64,000 bases of DNA from positions 1 to 64,000 of the forward strand of contig NW_026865571.1 of NCBI RefSeq assembly GCF_026571515.1, written 5' to 3'. Made by a program: the position numbers and the translations under genes. Numbering within the stretch: position 1 is the first letter of the stretch; every line of letters begins with the position of its first letter. Source of the stretch: Ruditapes philippinarum. Its lineage: Eukaryota. The notes below the pieces were generated by a model that saw only the letters and a list, made by a program, of their open reading frames with translations, searched no databases and had not been told where the DNA came from. Below, in pieces: positions 51,085 to 62,182 of the stretch.

Positions 51085-53784
51085 TGCTACTTTTATATAG
51101 ATCTACCAAGTGTATTAAAGACATTAATACACGTCAGAGTAGGGCCGGAAGGTGATAATCGGCCCTGAATGAATAATGGCCCTCGGGCTAAAGCCCTCGG
51201 GTCCATTATTCATTTTGCGGGCCGATTATCACCCTCCGGCCCTCTCCTGCCGTGTATTAACCTCTTAATAATAAATGAATAGCGCGCCAAATAATTATAC
51301 AACGTGACGTCATTTACGACGTCACGTTATTAAGTTGGTTTCCAGTACTGTGTACGCTGGTATTTCACTGAAACAACGTGAGGGGCTTAAATTCAAAACA
51401 AATTGATAATTTCACTGTTTCAAACAGTGAAATTATCAGTTTTAATTCACTGATATATTTCTATAAACCATCGAAAAGCATGTAATAAATTTTTCTCTTC
51501 TTTTTTTTAACATCTCATTTTTGTATATTGGCTGAATATTTAGCAGAAAGTAGTCCGGCAAGACACCAGTGAAAATACGGCAAATGAAAATACGCATTTT
51601 ATTTCATCAACATTTCTCAATATTTCATTGATATAAAATAAATAGAGGATTTCTGGTGTTCACGAATGAAATATTTTAATCTTACATGCAAAACAAATAA
51701 ATTATGCTATTTAAGTGATTTTAAGTATTTTTTTACTGATTTTGTCGCGTAACATCGCGCATTCTCCTTTGTGGCGTCATCACATCATGACGTCACATCA
51801 TCAATTTTGAAATATAGTTCTGTTAAACTTTCTTTATTTCATGCTTTCCAGTGTTTTATTGTAATATATCAGATGATTATATTCTGAAAAACCACTAGTG
51901 AAATTTATAAAATATAATTTTCACTGTAGCCGGACTATATCTGAATGCGGATGAAAAGAAAATCATAACTAAATGGAATAACAGGCAAAAATAAATGCCG
52001 TCGTACGTAAATTTTGCTTCTTTAGGAAAAGTAAGTCGAACTCACCATAAATCATGTTAAAAATGTAACAAAATTAGAGAAATTTAACAGAACTGTATTT
52101 CAAAATTGATGACGTGACGTCATGATATGATGACGTCACAAAAGAGAATGCGCGACGTTACGCGGTAAAATCAGTAAAAAAAATACTTAAAATCACTTAA
52201 AAAACATTAAATAAATAGAAAATTTATTTGTTTTACATATAAGATTGAAATATATTTCATTCGTGAGCACCAGCTATTATATTTTCACTCGTGGCTACGC
52301 CACTCGTGAAAATATTGCATCTGGTGTTCACTCAGTGAAATTATATTTCAATCTTACATGCAAAACAAACAAATATCCTCTATATATTTTTTTTTTACAT
52401 TTTTAACATGATGTATGATGACATGACTTTCTTTTCCTAAAGAAGCAAAATTTACGTAATGCGGCTTCTTTTTCTGCCTGTTATTCCATTTAGTTATGAT
52501 TTTCTTTTCATCCGCATTCAGATATAGTCCGGCTACAGTGAAAATTATATTTTATAAATTTCACTAGTGGTTTATCAGAATATAATCATCTGATATATGA
52601 CAGTAAAACACTGGAAAGCATTAAATAAAAAAATATATTCGTGTAGGTTCATTTCTGCATTTATTGAACGAGTTGAATAAAAATATATTGTTCGAGCCTT
52701 TGACTTACACTAATTAAACATCCTCTATATAAGCAACAACACATTAATCAATTAATATGCAAACTTACTTTATTTAATTACGTCATAAAAATAATGTTAA
52801 TACTATTAATACATTTATTATTTTTATCATGTTTGTGAAACTTTAGGCGCAGATTCAACTGGAGGAACGACGCTGCTTGATACGACAGGGGAGACCACTA
52901 CAGCGGATATCACGTTTAGTATGGAGGACGGAGAGTTTGACGAAGAACGTTACGTTAATTTGGATCCAGTTTACGAAAACGTTGGGCAGTTCGAAGTTGG
53001 AGCTGACGATGAACATATCTATAACGAAGGAGCTGTTGAAGGTTATCTTGCCGGAAAGTTTGCTCGATCAAAGGAAAGGTTTGAGCATCTTCAGGAAGGC
53101 GGATATGAGGCTCTACATCCAGCATACATGGCTCCAGGCATCCCTGTTGCCCCGCCGCCGCCACCGCTTCCTAATGTTAATTTCAACAGATCACCAACAA
53201 ATCTTCATGAAGTCCGGTCTAACTATGGAAGTTATTTGGCCATGGATTTTTCGAATTCGTCATGGGCAAAATATCTCCCCGCGACAGAGAAAGTACCAAA
53301 AAGATATAGAAAACACAACAAAGTTCGCGTAAAAAGGCATCCGTTTCCGAGCCCTAAACGTATGTCAAGCAGTCCAAAAGATACATCCGTTATAAATATG
53401 CGCCAAAGTAAATCACCATCTATATCTGGATCAGGTACTAGACAAAGGCATACAGAACCTGAACGCAGACGACTTTTAGATAGCAGTCCGCCTGATTTGC
53501 TATATAGATCTCCAAATAGATATCCAAATAGAGAGGAACATTTGCAAGAGCCACGACGTTCCCTTTTTGAACCTCATTGTTCATATAAACACAGTGCCAC
53601 TCAAATCTCTCCTAACAAGATCCTACCTTACGACCGGAATTCCAACATTTTCCCGAGCATGTTTAATTCCGTATATGGAAAACGAAAGTCTCCGCAAAAG
53701 AAGTCTCCAGATCGGCGCATTTCTCCTCAGAAAACAAGCTTCAAGTCCGGCGTTTCTTATAAATGTAATCATGCATATGATTAG
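44741..53784 (+). CDS. Peripherin-2/RDS/ROM1-like tetraspanin, paralog 2 (~614 aa, long tail)
   Basis: Exons 44741-45300, 46096-46327, 46915-47029, 52847-53784 (phases 2,0,1, same as paralog 1). LQFEYECCG..YMDWFSVAWI; SVPFSCCNPQTLRPCIQ; MRLLQTA..GYLF. Confidence 0.88.
46307..46375 (+). repeat. 35-bp tandem duplication spanning the exon-2 splice donor
   Basis: TTTATCCTGTCAAGTATAGAGGTAGGTACCAAAC at 46307-46340 and 46342-46375. Confidence 0.95.
47528..47653. mobile_element. 126-bp perfectly palindromic MITE with 8-bp TSD (P- or hAT-type)
   Basis: 63-bp arms with no spacer and no mismatch; CACAGG...CCTGTG termini; GTCCAACA at 47520-47527 and 47654-47661. Confidence 0.92.
47699..48780 (+). mobile_element. 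Non-autonomous Helentron (HINE-like) with ~160-180-bp tandem units
   Basis: Subterminal IR GTCCCCCGCC / GGCGGGGGAC; (CCGT)n at ~47748; GGTCACACTTAGAGGTCAAA recurs at ~48057, 48217, 48378, 48548; 3' hairpin GTAAC-TCT-GTTAC; T-run insertion site. Confidence 0.82.
50028..51265 (-). mobile_element. Head-to-tail dimer of a Crypton-like hairpin element nested in another hairpin element
   Basis: Units 50028-50601 and 50602-51265 both end GTATTAACCTCT and are diverged by indels; they split the 49841-51490 element. Confidence 0.7.
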
Positions 53785-53790
53785 AGTATA

Positions 53791-54027
53791 TGAACCGTGT
53801 CATGACAAAACCAACATAATGGGTTTGCGACCAGCATGGATCCAGACCAGCCTGCGCATCCGCGCAGTTTGATCAGGATCCATGCTTTTCGCTTACAAAC
53901 CCTATAACAAGTAGAGAAACTGATAGCGAACAGCATTGATCCTGATCAGACTGCTCGGATGCGCAGGCTGGTCTGGATCCATGCTGGTCGCAAACCCATT
54001 ATGTTGGTTTTGTCGTGACACGGCTCA
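53791..54027. mobile_element. Palindromic TGAGCC-family MITE 6 bp after the tetraspanin-2 stop codon
   Basis: TGAACCGTGTCATGACAAAACC...GGTTTTGTCGTGACACGGCTCA. Confidence 0.85.
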
Positions 54028-57000
54028 ATTATATTAAAGTGATATATTTTATGCCTTATATAAAAAATAATATTTATAGTGTCCAGAATATGACATTTTG
54101 TAGTACAAATATTGATAAAAATGCAAGAGTATTTTGAGTGGAAAGCGTCATTTGTATGAATATATCCGACTTTATGATCTGCTACATATATTTTACTGTG
54201 TTCTAACACGTGTATTTAGGACATTCTAACGTGCATGCTTACGGTCGGAATAAGACATAATAATGGGACATGTCAACGCAAAAATGCATTGCACGTAAAT
54301 TAAATTGTTCAAATCTGTCATAGTATATTTGATATCTTTTTACAAAGGCCAAGGAAGGATTTAAAAACTAGCACAGAAAATTTTCTTAAACTTTGCACGA
54401 CTTAAGAGAATCAGTTTTTAAACTACCCTGGAAAGTGTTGTTTTTTTCTCTCTGTCTCTCTCTCATGTATAGATTACTCAATGCTACATGACAAGCAACA
54501 CCTTATTTGATTTTACATGTATATACATGTATGTGTTTCTTAGTTTACTCCCCACCATGGGGCAAAATTTCGACAAATTTTATTCTATGGTTGCTTATGT
54601 CAAATGTTAGAAATATTCTTGGAGAAATGCCCCCTTTTGAAGAAAAATGCAGTATGTTTAGTCATTGAAGCATTGCAACATATATTTCCTAATTGAATAG
54701 TTTTAAACTTAGCATAGAAATTGAAAATGAAGATTGAAATAAAATGAAATACCGGTTTGCTTGATTTTAAAAGTTATCTGCTCCTGAATGTGACCAAAGT
54801 AAAGAAACTCACTTTTATCGGCAGATAGCTCAAAGAATCCCTATTTTTCCGAAACAATTTGTTTTAATCATGACTCTCTTTAATCATGCTTAGTTTGAGA
54901 AAAAAAATAATTGCTAGTTTAAAGTTTGTAAAAATATTATAGTAACATTTCCTATACGGGGCATTTTACCTTAGAAATTATTGGCTTAACAAATTCTGTG
55001 TATAAAGTTGGAAATCAAACAGTAGTGTCTTTACTATTTGTTTCCGTCTTGTTTTTTGAAAAATAAAACATGTATGGTCCTTCTTTTTTTTTAATTGCAA
55101 TGCAAAATTTCTTTCAGCTCACATACATTATGAGTTAAACATTCGCTGACGGAAAAGAACACGCACAAATCTGAAATGTTTCACAAAGCAAAAATCCGTA
55201 CATGTTTCTATTTCTTTACCTTATTGCAAAATATTTGCAAAACAAAATTCTTACATCTTATCAATACAAATAAAACTAATTATGCATGCATTACCGTATT
55301 TTCATACAAGTGTGGTCCAAAGGTCGTCTGCGTGGAGTACACATATCTAAATTTTATCTATTGCGAACAAGTATCATAGATAATTTCTAAAATTGCATGC
55401 AGATGGCTGGTCGTATGATATACTCTAAAGCACCGGATAGGACGAATATAAATCCTTCACAGAAGTTGATTGCTGTGTTTTTTCGTGATTCGGCGCGCAA
55501 ATGTTGCATTAGACAGCTTTACGTTTATGGCTCATAAACTACATGGAGTGCCAGAAATTAGATTTTATAAGAAATTATCAAGTAATAAGGATGCAATTAA
55601 AATGTCAATCTCTTTAAAAGGTATCGTATTATCGCAAACTGTGATAATTTTACATTAGAAATTAATGTCTGGGGCAAATTGGATTGAAACCGTATACGTG
55701 CGGAACACACGAATAGCAGATATAACGGGTGTTCCGTGAAATGTGAAACCAATTAAAGACCCGTATATGCCCAGTATCTTTCTCTTCCCTAGTAAAGATA
55801 CAAACAATCTGGAACTATTTACTGCGAAACAATGAGAAATCAAACGTCAAATTAACAGGAATGACTGTGTAAAATGTAATTTCAACCTAGTTTGTGGTGA
55901 ATTATCTCCGTAACTTTCATCTTCGTCACACATGGCCTTGCTGATAAACCTCCTACATAAATATATAGGTTTTTTGCTTGTAGATTTATGTATTGAATTA
56001 ATGGGAATGTCACGTTCTTTATCTCATTACTGGTCAATTCAATACGGTGCATTTCTATTATATTCAAACTCAGCCAAATGTTTCATTAGGAACATTATTA
56101 TATTTAGCCATAAATGTATCTATGTCTCTAGTTACATGCATCATTTAACCAGAAAGAATAACCCCGGCCCAAAATCATTTTGAACTAAAAAATATTTATT
56201 TCCAGTACTCATAGTTCTCATACCAATTTATTTTCTCTAAACTTGTATCTTTGAGCACGAATAAACCAAAATGTCAAACTAGATATGAATGCAGGCGTTT
56301 TCAACTTGTCCTGTTATCAATATTAGCATCTTCATAGTTTTTTCGCAATTCCAAAGATAGACAGTAACTTGCTAAAGAGACAGGCCAGGCTGCTCACCCG
56401 TGCATTCTGAGTGCAAGGCTCTTTACTATTGGTAGCTATATTTTTGTATCGAAATTAATTCATCTTCAAATGTTCTAAATTAAAAGCAGGACAAATGTAT
56501 TTCACAAATCAAGCAGGTTAAAAATTAAAAACGTTTCAATTATGCATTAGTGTCAGATCTTTACCGATTCCCAACAGTCCTCGGGACCGTTCAATGATGT
56601 GATGAAATGTCGCCCCAGGAGGAAGCATAAAGCGCGGGTTCTGTTTGTATAAGAGTGCCCGGATGGGAATTTAACGCCGGGTCTGAGATGCCTCTATGTC
56701 AGAAATGTTAGCATGCCAGGAATTATAACGGTATGTATAGCGCGATTGTACATTGGTACAGAATCACATCTTTAAATTTGACAATAAAAAGTCTTTTATA
56801 AATAAATTTAATGAAACCAGAGACTCTATGTCTCTGATCAAACTAGCAAAATTAGAAATTTTGAAGCATCATAATGAATTCAATTATTTCGATCATAGTG
56901 TATGCATGCTTTGGCAGAATTAATTAGTAAGTAAAGATAAAAGTAGTATTGAAAAAAACAAAACATATTAACTTTTAAATACTACTTTTATCTTAGTACA

Positions 57001-58789
57001 GTTATTTAAAATCCGTTCGTCGGAGACATTTTCGTCTTGATAATATGGTGTTAATAAAAATAAATGTATATTAGATTGAAATTGAAATTTATAAAATTCA
57101 TGTATGCATAATATTATTTTCACACCAATACAGCAATACGAAAAGTATAATTGCTGCACAACACTTAAAGTGATCATACCAAATTGTCAATTTGAATTTT
57201 TTTTCCATTAGCCCTAGATCTACTTTTTCGTCCAATGAGAAAACGTAAATTTGAGAAATTCTGACAGTCTGTTTCGCATAAAATGTCTTCAATAGCGTTC
57301 ATTTAACCGTCCATTTAAACGTTGTGTTGAGTCTACCCGTGCAATCATGCATACGAAAAGCGTTAACGTTAATAAGAAAAAAAAACAAAAAAAAACAATA
57401 AACGTCTTAAAACAGCTACAGTGGCTTCCACGTCTCTTTTTTGAGCATTTTCTTGATTTTTTTTTCTTATTAGAATCTTGATATTACTCAAACGAAAACA
57501 TAACGAAAATAGATATATCATCTTATTATGTTTCCTTTATCATGCCCTAAATACGGCCATCGCATATATGGTCAAAATCATAGAATAACATAATATTAAA
57601 TGTACGGAAATTTCTGTTCGAAAATACTGTAGAAAGTACCTTTTTTCATCAATACTAAATGTACAATGCAATTATTTATCTTCCTACATTCGCTTATTTT
57701 TTAAAACACGTAGAAATCCTTCTCTGAGAGAAAAAGAAAACGCAAAAAAAAAAACCACCAAAAAACGAAATCTGATAAGAAATAACCATAAAGATAACTC
57801 AAAATTCATAATCTTAAAACGTTTAAAGAAAACTTATTTTAAAAAAAAGTTATTTCTAAAACACCTGGAAAAAGCGGTTAAGGCTTATCGGGTCCATTAA
57901 TTTATATGAACTGTCAGCGTAGTAAATATAACACGATTCAAAACTTAATATTTTCAGACTTTATTGAAGTCCACAGCTGTCCACAGTTTCAAGAACGCTA
58001 TGAAAATGTGGTATATAAACATTAAATATGTACCTAGAACAGATAATGTCAGTATATTGAAGTAAAGCAAAACAATTTCATTGATAAATTAATATTTTCC
58101 TGTCATAAAAAATGCGCGAAGTGATGAGATATAAATGTAACACTACTTGGAAATTGCATTTATTTTCTTGTCAAATTGATTGACGGATTTTATAGAGTTG
58201 ACGTACTTGCAATTTTCATTTCCGTAGAGTTTTATTTTACAAATGAACTTGATGATTACATGTATTTGTAAAACTGTCATGCGAAAAATAAACACGCTAA
58301 AAAATGACGTTTAAACACATTAAACATACCAAAATTGTTATAATTATAGACTTTAGGACTGGCAAATTATTTGGAAAAGTCCGCATTATTAGAAAGCCTA
58401 ATAATTATATGGGTTAGTGTTTGTTAGTCAACATTGATAAGCACCATCTAATATGAAATAATGTACCTGTATATGCTAAAAAATCATTTCGATTTACAAC
58501 TGTTAATAACTCCCCATACCAGGGTCAATCCACAACAAAATATTAAAATCGTGTTACCGAGGTTACATTATTCATTCTATTTTCAAAATATTGTAAATTT
58601 AAGCAGTTAATTCTTAGACTTTAATTAAATGACCTTGTTTAAAATATTAATCGTAGCTTATTTTGAGTGCAGTTCGTCGAAATATTTATTTTTTATGGAA
58701 CTAATAGTACCACCAAAACAATCATAAATCGAAAAGATGTTCGTGAAATGTTTTCGTATCTATTTTGACTTTTTACAGCGAATCCACAG

Positions 58790-59040
58790 TGCCTAATTAA
58801 AGTGCTGCGGCCCCTCCTACTTTTGATAAGAAAACCTCCCAGTTCACGGCGGGGATATAATTATTCCTGTGTTTCACGCTTCTCACCTCATAAAATCCTA
58901 ATGATATATCTGATGGACCAATCAGAGGGCTTATTAACACTAATAGTTTATACAAAGCAACATCTGTGTGGTAACAAAATTCCACCAGTATTCGTCTTGT
59001 CAAAATCTTCTAGTCAAAATTAATTGGAATCAGTTTCAGA
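58790..59040 (+). promoter_or_regulatory. Probable proximal promoter of the Hlx-like gene
   Basis: TAATTA (58794), TGATAAG (58824), NF-Y-type GACCAATCAG (58916), Inr-like TCAGTT (59030); motif matches only. Confidence 0.35.
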
Positions 59041-59253
59041 AATACGATTTACATAGTCTGTAGACAGGTCGTGGAATCCAAGAAAATTTTAATCCGAAAA
59101 AGTGAGTTTCTTTACAGAAATTTTAGAAAGTTGATTAAATAAACCAATCTTTTAATCTTATTAAAAAAAAGAAAGAATAACATGTGTATGGAAATATAAC
59201 TGATTTTCTATTGGAATTTTACTATTTGTGACTGTGAGCCGACCAAAATATTC

Positions 59254-61689
59254 ATGAATTATAAAATGTTCTTAAGCACATGCTCCGGGTGCGTCGAGGT
59301 ACCAACCCCGATTTACTACTGGAACCCGTATGTTGCACATGCGTATTCAAAAAGTTCAGCGTTTCAAATTGCAAATATTTTACAATTGTCGCAAAATACA
59401 GCCGACGTTTCAAAACATGACAAAAGAACGACTGCGGAAAACTTGCAACAGCGTCGTCAGGAAGCCAGGCAAAACTATTTGTACGAACGAAAAAAGGAGG
59501 ACATAGAAACACGGAGAGATTTTCAGAGATTTGACGACTCTCTCTCTAGCCGCGTTTTAGACTTTTCAAGAAAGAAGGGTGATAAATGCACATTGCCATC
59601 TGCGCTCGAACCTCTTCAAGCATTGTGCAGCGAAGGGCCTCGTGGCTACAGAAGTTCATCTCCGAATACAACAAAAGGCTCGAACTGTACACAGGCATCG
59701 CCTACACCAACACGGGAACTTAAATTCGGTATCAGTCAAATATTGTCGGAGGACTTCGGAAAAGAAAAAACAGATAAAGGTATGTAAACAGAATATGCCC
59801 TAATTATTATCATATTTTCATATGTTGACAAACACATATTTAAGCCGAATACATTTTGACAGTAAAAATATGTATGTTGATTTTTTTATTACATATACAA
59901 TGAAGTGGTGTTCTTCGTTTATATCATTGAATGTTTGCGGTGTCTATGTTGAAAGAATTGAGCTACATTAATGTCATTTTATGTGACATTGTTTCTTTAA
60001 ATACATTTTTCTAAAACTATCGAATAATAATCAAACCCATATTCTAACTAAGATCTATGGCTTCTTCTACTTTTTTGTAAGAGTATGAAGTTTGTGTTAG
60101 ACATGACGACAATATACCAATTGACATAAATTACTTCCCCGATGGTTTTCAACCTTTTTTTATGAGCATATAAAAACGGAAATATAATGAAATTTTCTCT
60201 TGCATTATCTATTCGTATACGTTCTGCAGTGCACTATACCGAATTGGAAACAAGTACATTATTGTTGTTCAGAATTGCAATTACACATTATATCATTTCA
60301 GAAAAGATTAACCATGATAAATATATTACCAGTATTTGAATATCATTGTTCTTCGTGATATTTTTTCTTCTTTGGCTTAACAGAAATGAAAGTATCACAA
60401 ACAGTCCACGGACTAAGATCTGAACGTGCTGATGATTGCAGTATATTTAAGATGCCGAACATAACAAAACCGCGCCAAATGTATGACTTTTTTTAAAACG
60501 ACATAATGCCATACAGAATTTAAATCATAATAAACTAAAACACATTAACTTATAAAATTCACCACTCAGTGACCAAAACATCATTTTGATGAAAAATGAA
60601 TATTATTCAAATTGGACCTATCAAAGTAAAGAAGATAATTTGTTGTTAATCTAAAAATAAATACATGTATGACATGCAATTCTTGCACATTGGCTACATT
60701 TGCAGCCAATGTAGTTCTCAGCCTGAATAACCTTTCTGAGTAAAAATAAATGTGAAAAAAAGAAAATTTTTAGTAGGAAACAAAATTATAGTTAGTAAAA
60801 GTAAAAGAAAATCCGCATTTAAGACTATATAATAACAGTATCTAAATATATATTTTGATAAAGAACGATTACGAACTTCCACTATGATGCAGCTGGTTTT
60901 TCCCCTTATAAGTCTTCGGCTTCCTTTTCAATCCTGTTGTATCATAATTGTATATGTTGTCATTATATGAAATAAATACTCTTTAAACGTATATAAATAT
61001 CCATTCTGAGTAACGTTAGGTTAATGTAACCGTTGTTGGTCCGAATGGGGTAATATAAATTATTGCTATTTATTTGAAAAATGTCCGGCCAGACAAAACT
61101 TAAAACTTGTCCGTCATTTTTAAATATTGTACAAACAATAGCTATGATCTCATCATATTGTGATGGATTGAATAATGTGATTTAGGTTTTGGTCCTAAAA
61201 TATATTATACGAGCTGTAATATGTGTAAAATTTTCATTATATTTGTTAGATTTTGTAACATTATGTGATATTCCCATATTTTACTTTTTGCATTATACAA
61301 ATGTAAAACATGTATATATTGTATCAGAACCAAATTCAACAAAAAAGCATTCAGTGAAAAATATTTGAATAAAAATGTTTAAATGCAATAAACATTTTGT
61401 ATATCAATATTTCTTAGTACATTTTACTGTTGATAATTTTGACTGCACAGTCGCTTCATATTTTTAGTATGAAATGCATTATTGTTATCTCTTTAAATTG
61501 CAGAAAATTCTCCAGGCTATACTGAGACTGAGGATACTGTATACCGTCCTCGACGATGTGAATGCACGTATGATGGCTGTAACTTGTACCGAGAACATTC
61601 ACGGTACCCAGCTCACGCGCTGTCCGCCGTGCACGCGCTTCAACCTCCCAAATATCCTACCTCACCACTCGGAACTGACGTCTTACCTG
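59254..61689 (+). CDS. HLX: H2.0-like homeobox (Hlx) protein, N-terminal exons; homeodomain outside the window
   Basis: Exon 59254-59779 has two eh1 motifs, SAFQIANIL and RELKFGISQILSEDF (cf. vertebrate HLX SFCIADIL and KDLKFGIDRILSAEF). Exon 61504-61689 (phase 1-1) ends TDVLP|G (cf. QDTFP|G). Possible small exon 60384-60440. Confidence 0.72.
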
Positions 61690-61794
61690 GTATGTTTTTT
61701 TTACCAATCTATTGATTTGTTGAATTGATCTCTTTCTTTTACAAAATGTATGATCCTGCATCAAATTTATGTTTATAGTTTCTGCACAATTTAA

Positions 61795-62182
61795 AGGCAC
61801 ATTATGCCAACTTTAATGCCACATTATACCCCAGAAACGAATAAATTTTTACTTCTTTAGAAAAGGCAAACATGAATTTTATGTAACATTTAAATAATAG
61901 TGTTTTATAGCATGTAAGATGCTTGTTACCTGAAAAAGTGGTGCTAAATATGAAATAAGTTGTCATAATTTTAAGTAGCAAAATGTAATCAAAGTAGAAT
62001 TTTGACTTTCATTAAAATGCTAAATCCCTATAACTGAACTAATTGTGAAAAAACAATACAAAAAAAGCTTGTTTAGGTAATTGGCCAGTGCGTAACTTTT
62101 CTGAAACTGTAAAGAAACAACGTCAAAGATAAAAAACTTTCGAGAAATAAACATTAAAGCATTTCTGGGACACAATGGTCCT
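61795..62182 (+). mobile_element. Old TTAA-target MITE
   Basis: TTAA|AGGCACATTATG...CACAATGGTCCT|TTAA; homologous to ~29850-30164 inside the TGT...ACA element. Confidence 0.6.

Larger units (their letters stand above)
47395..52728. mobile_element. Cluster of at least 7 Crypton-like hairpin elements from several families
   Basis: Palindromes centred near 47489, 49205, 49756, 49910 (collapsed), 50526, 51191, 52297 and ~52697 (collapsed), each next to a TAGAGG/TAAGAGG-like terminus; units abut one another. Confidence 0.65.

Noticed and set aside
56595-56690. Box C/D snoRNA (GTGATGA...CTGA)
   Set aside because: No terminal stem, no recognisable rRNA-antisense guide, and not in an intron of a recognised gene.
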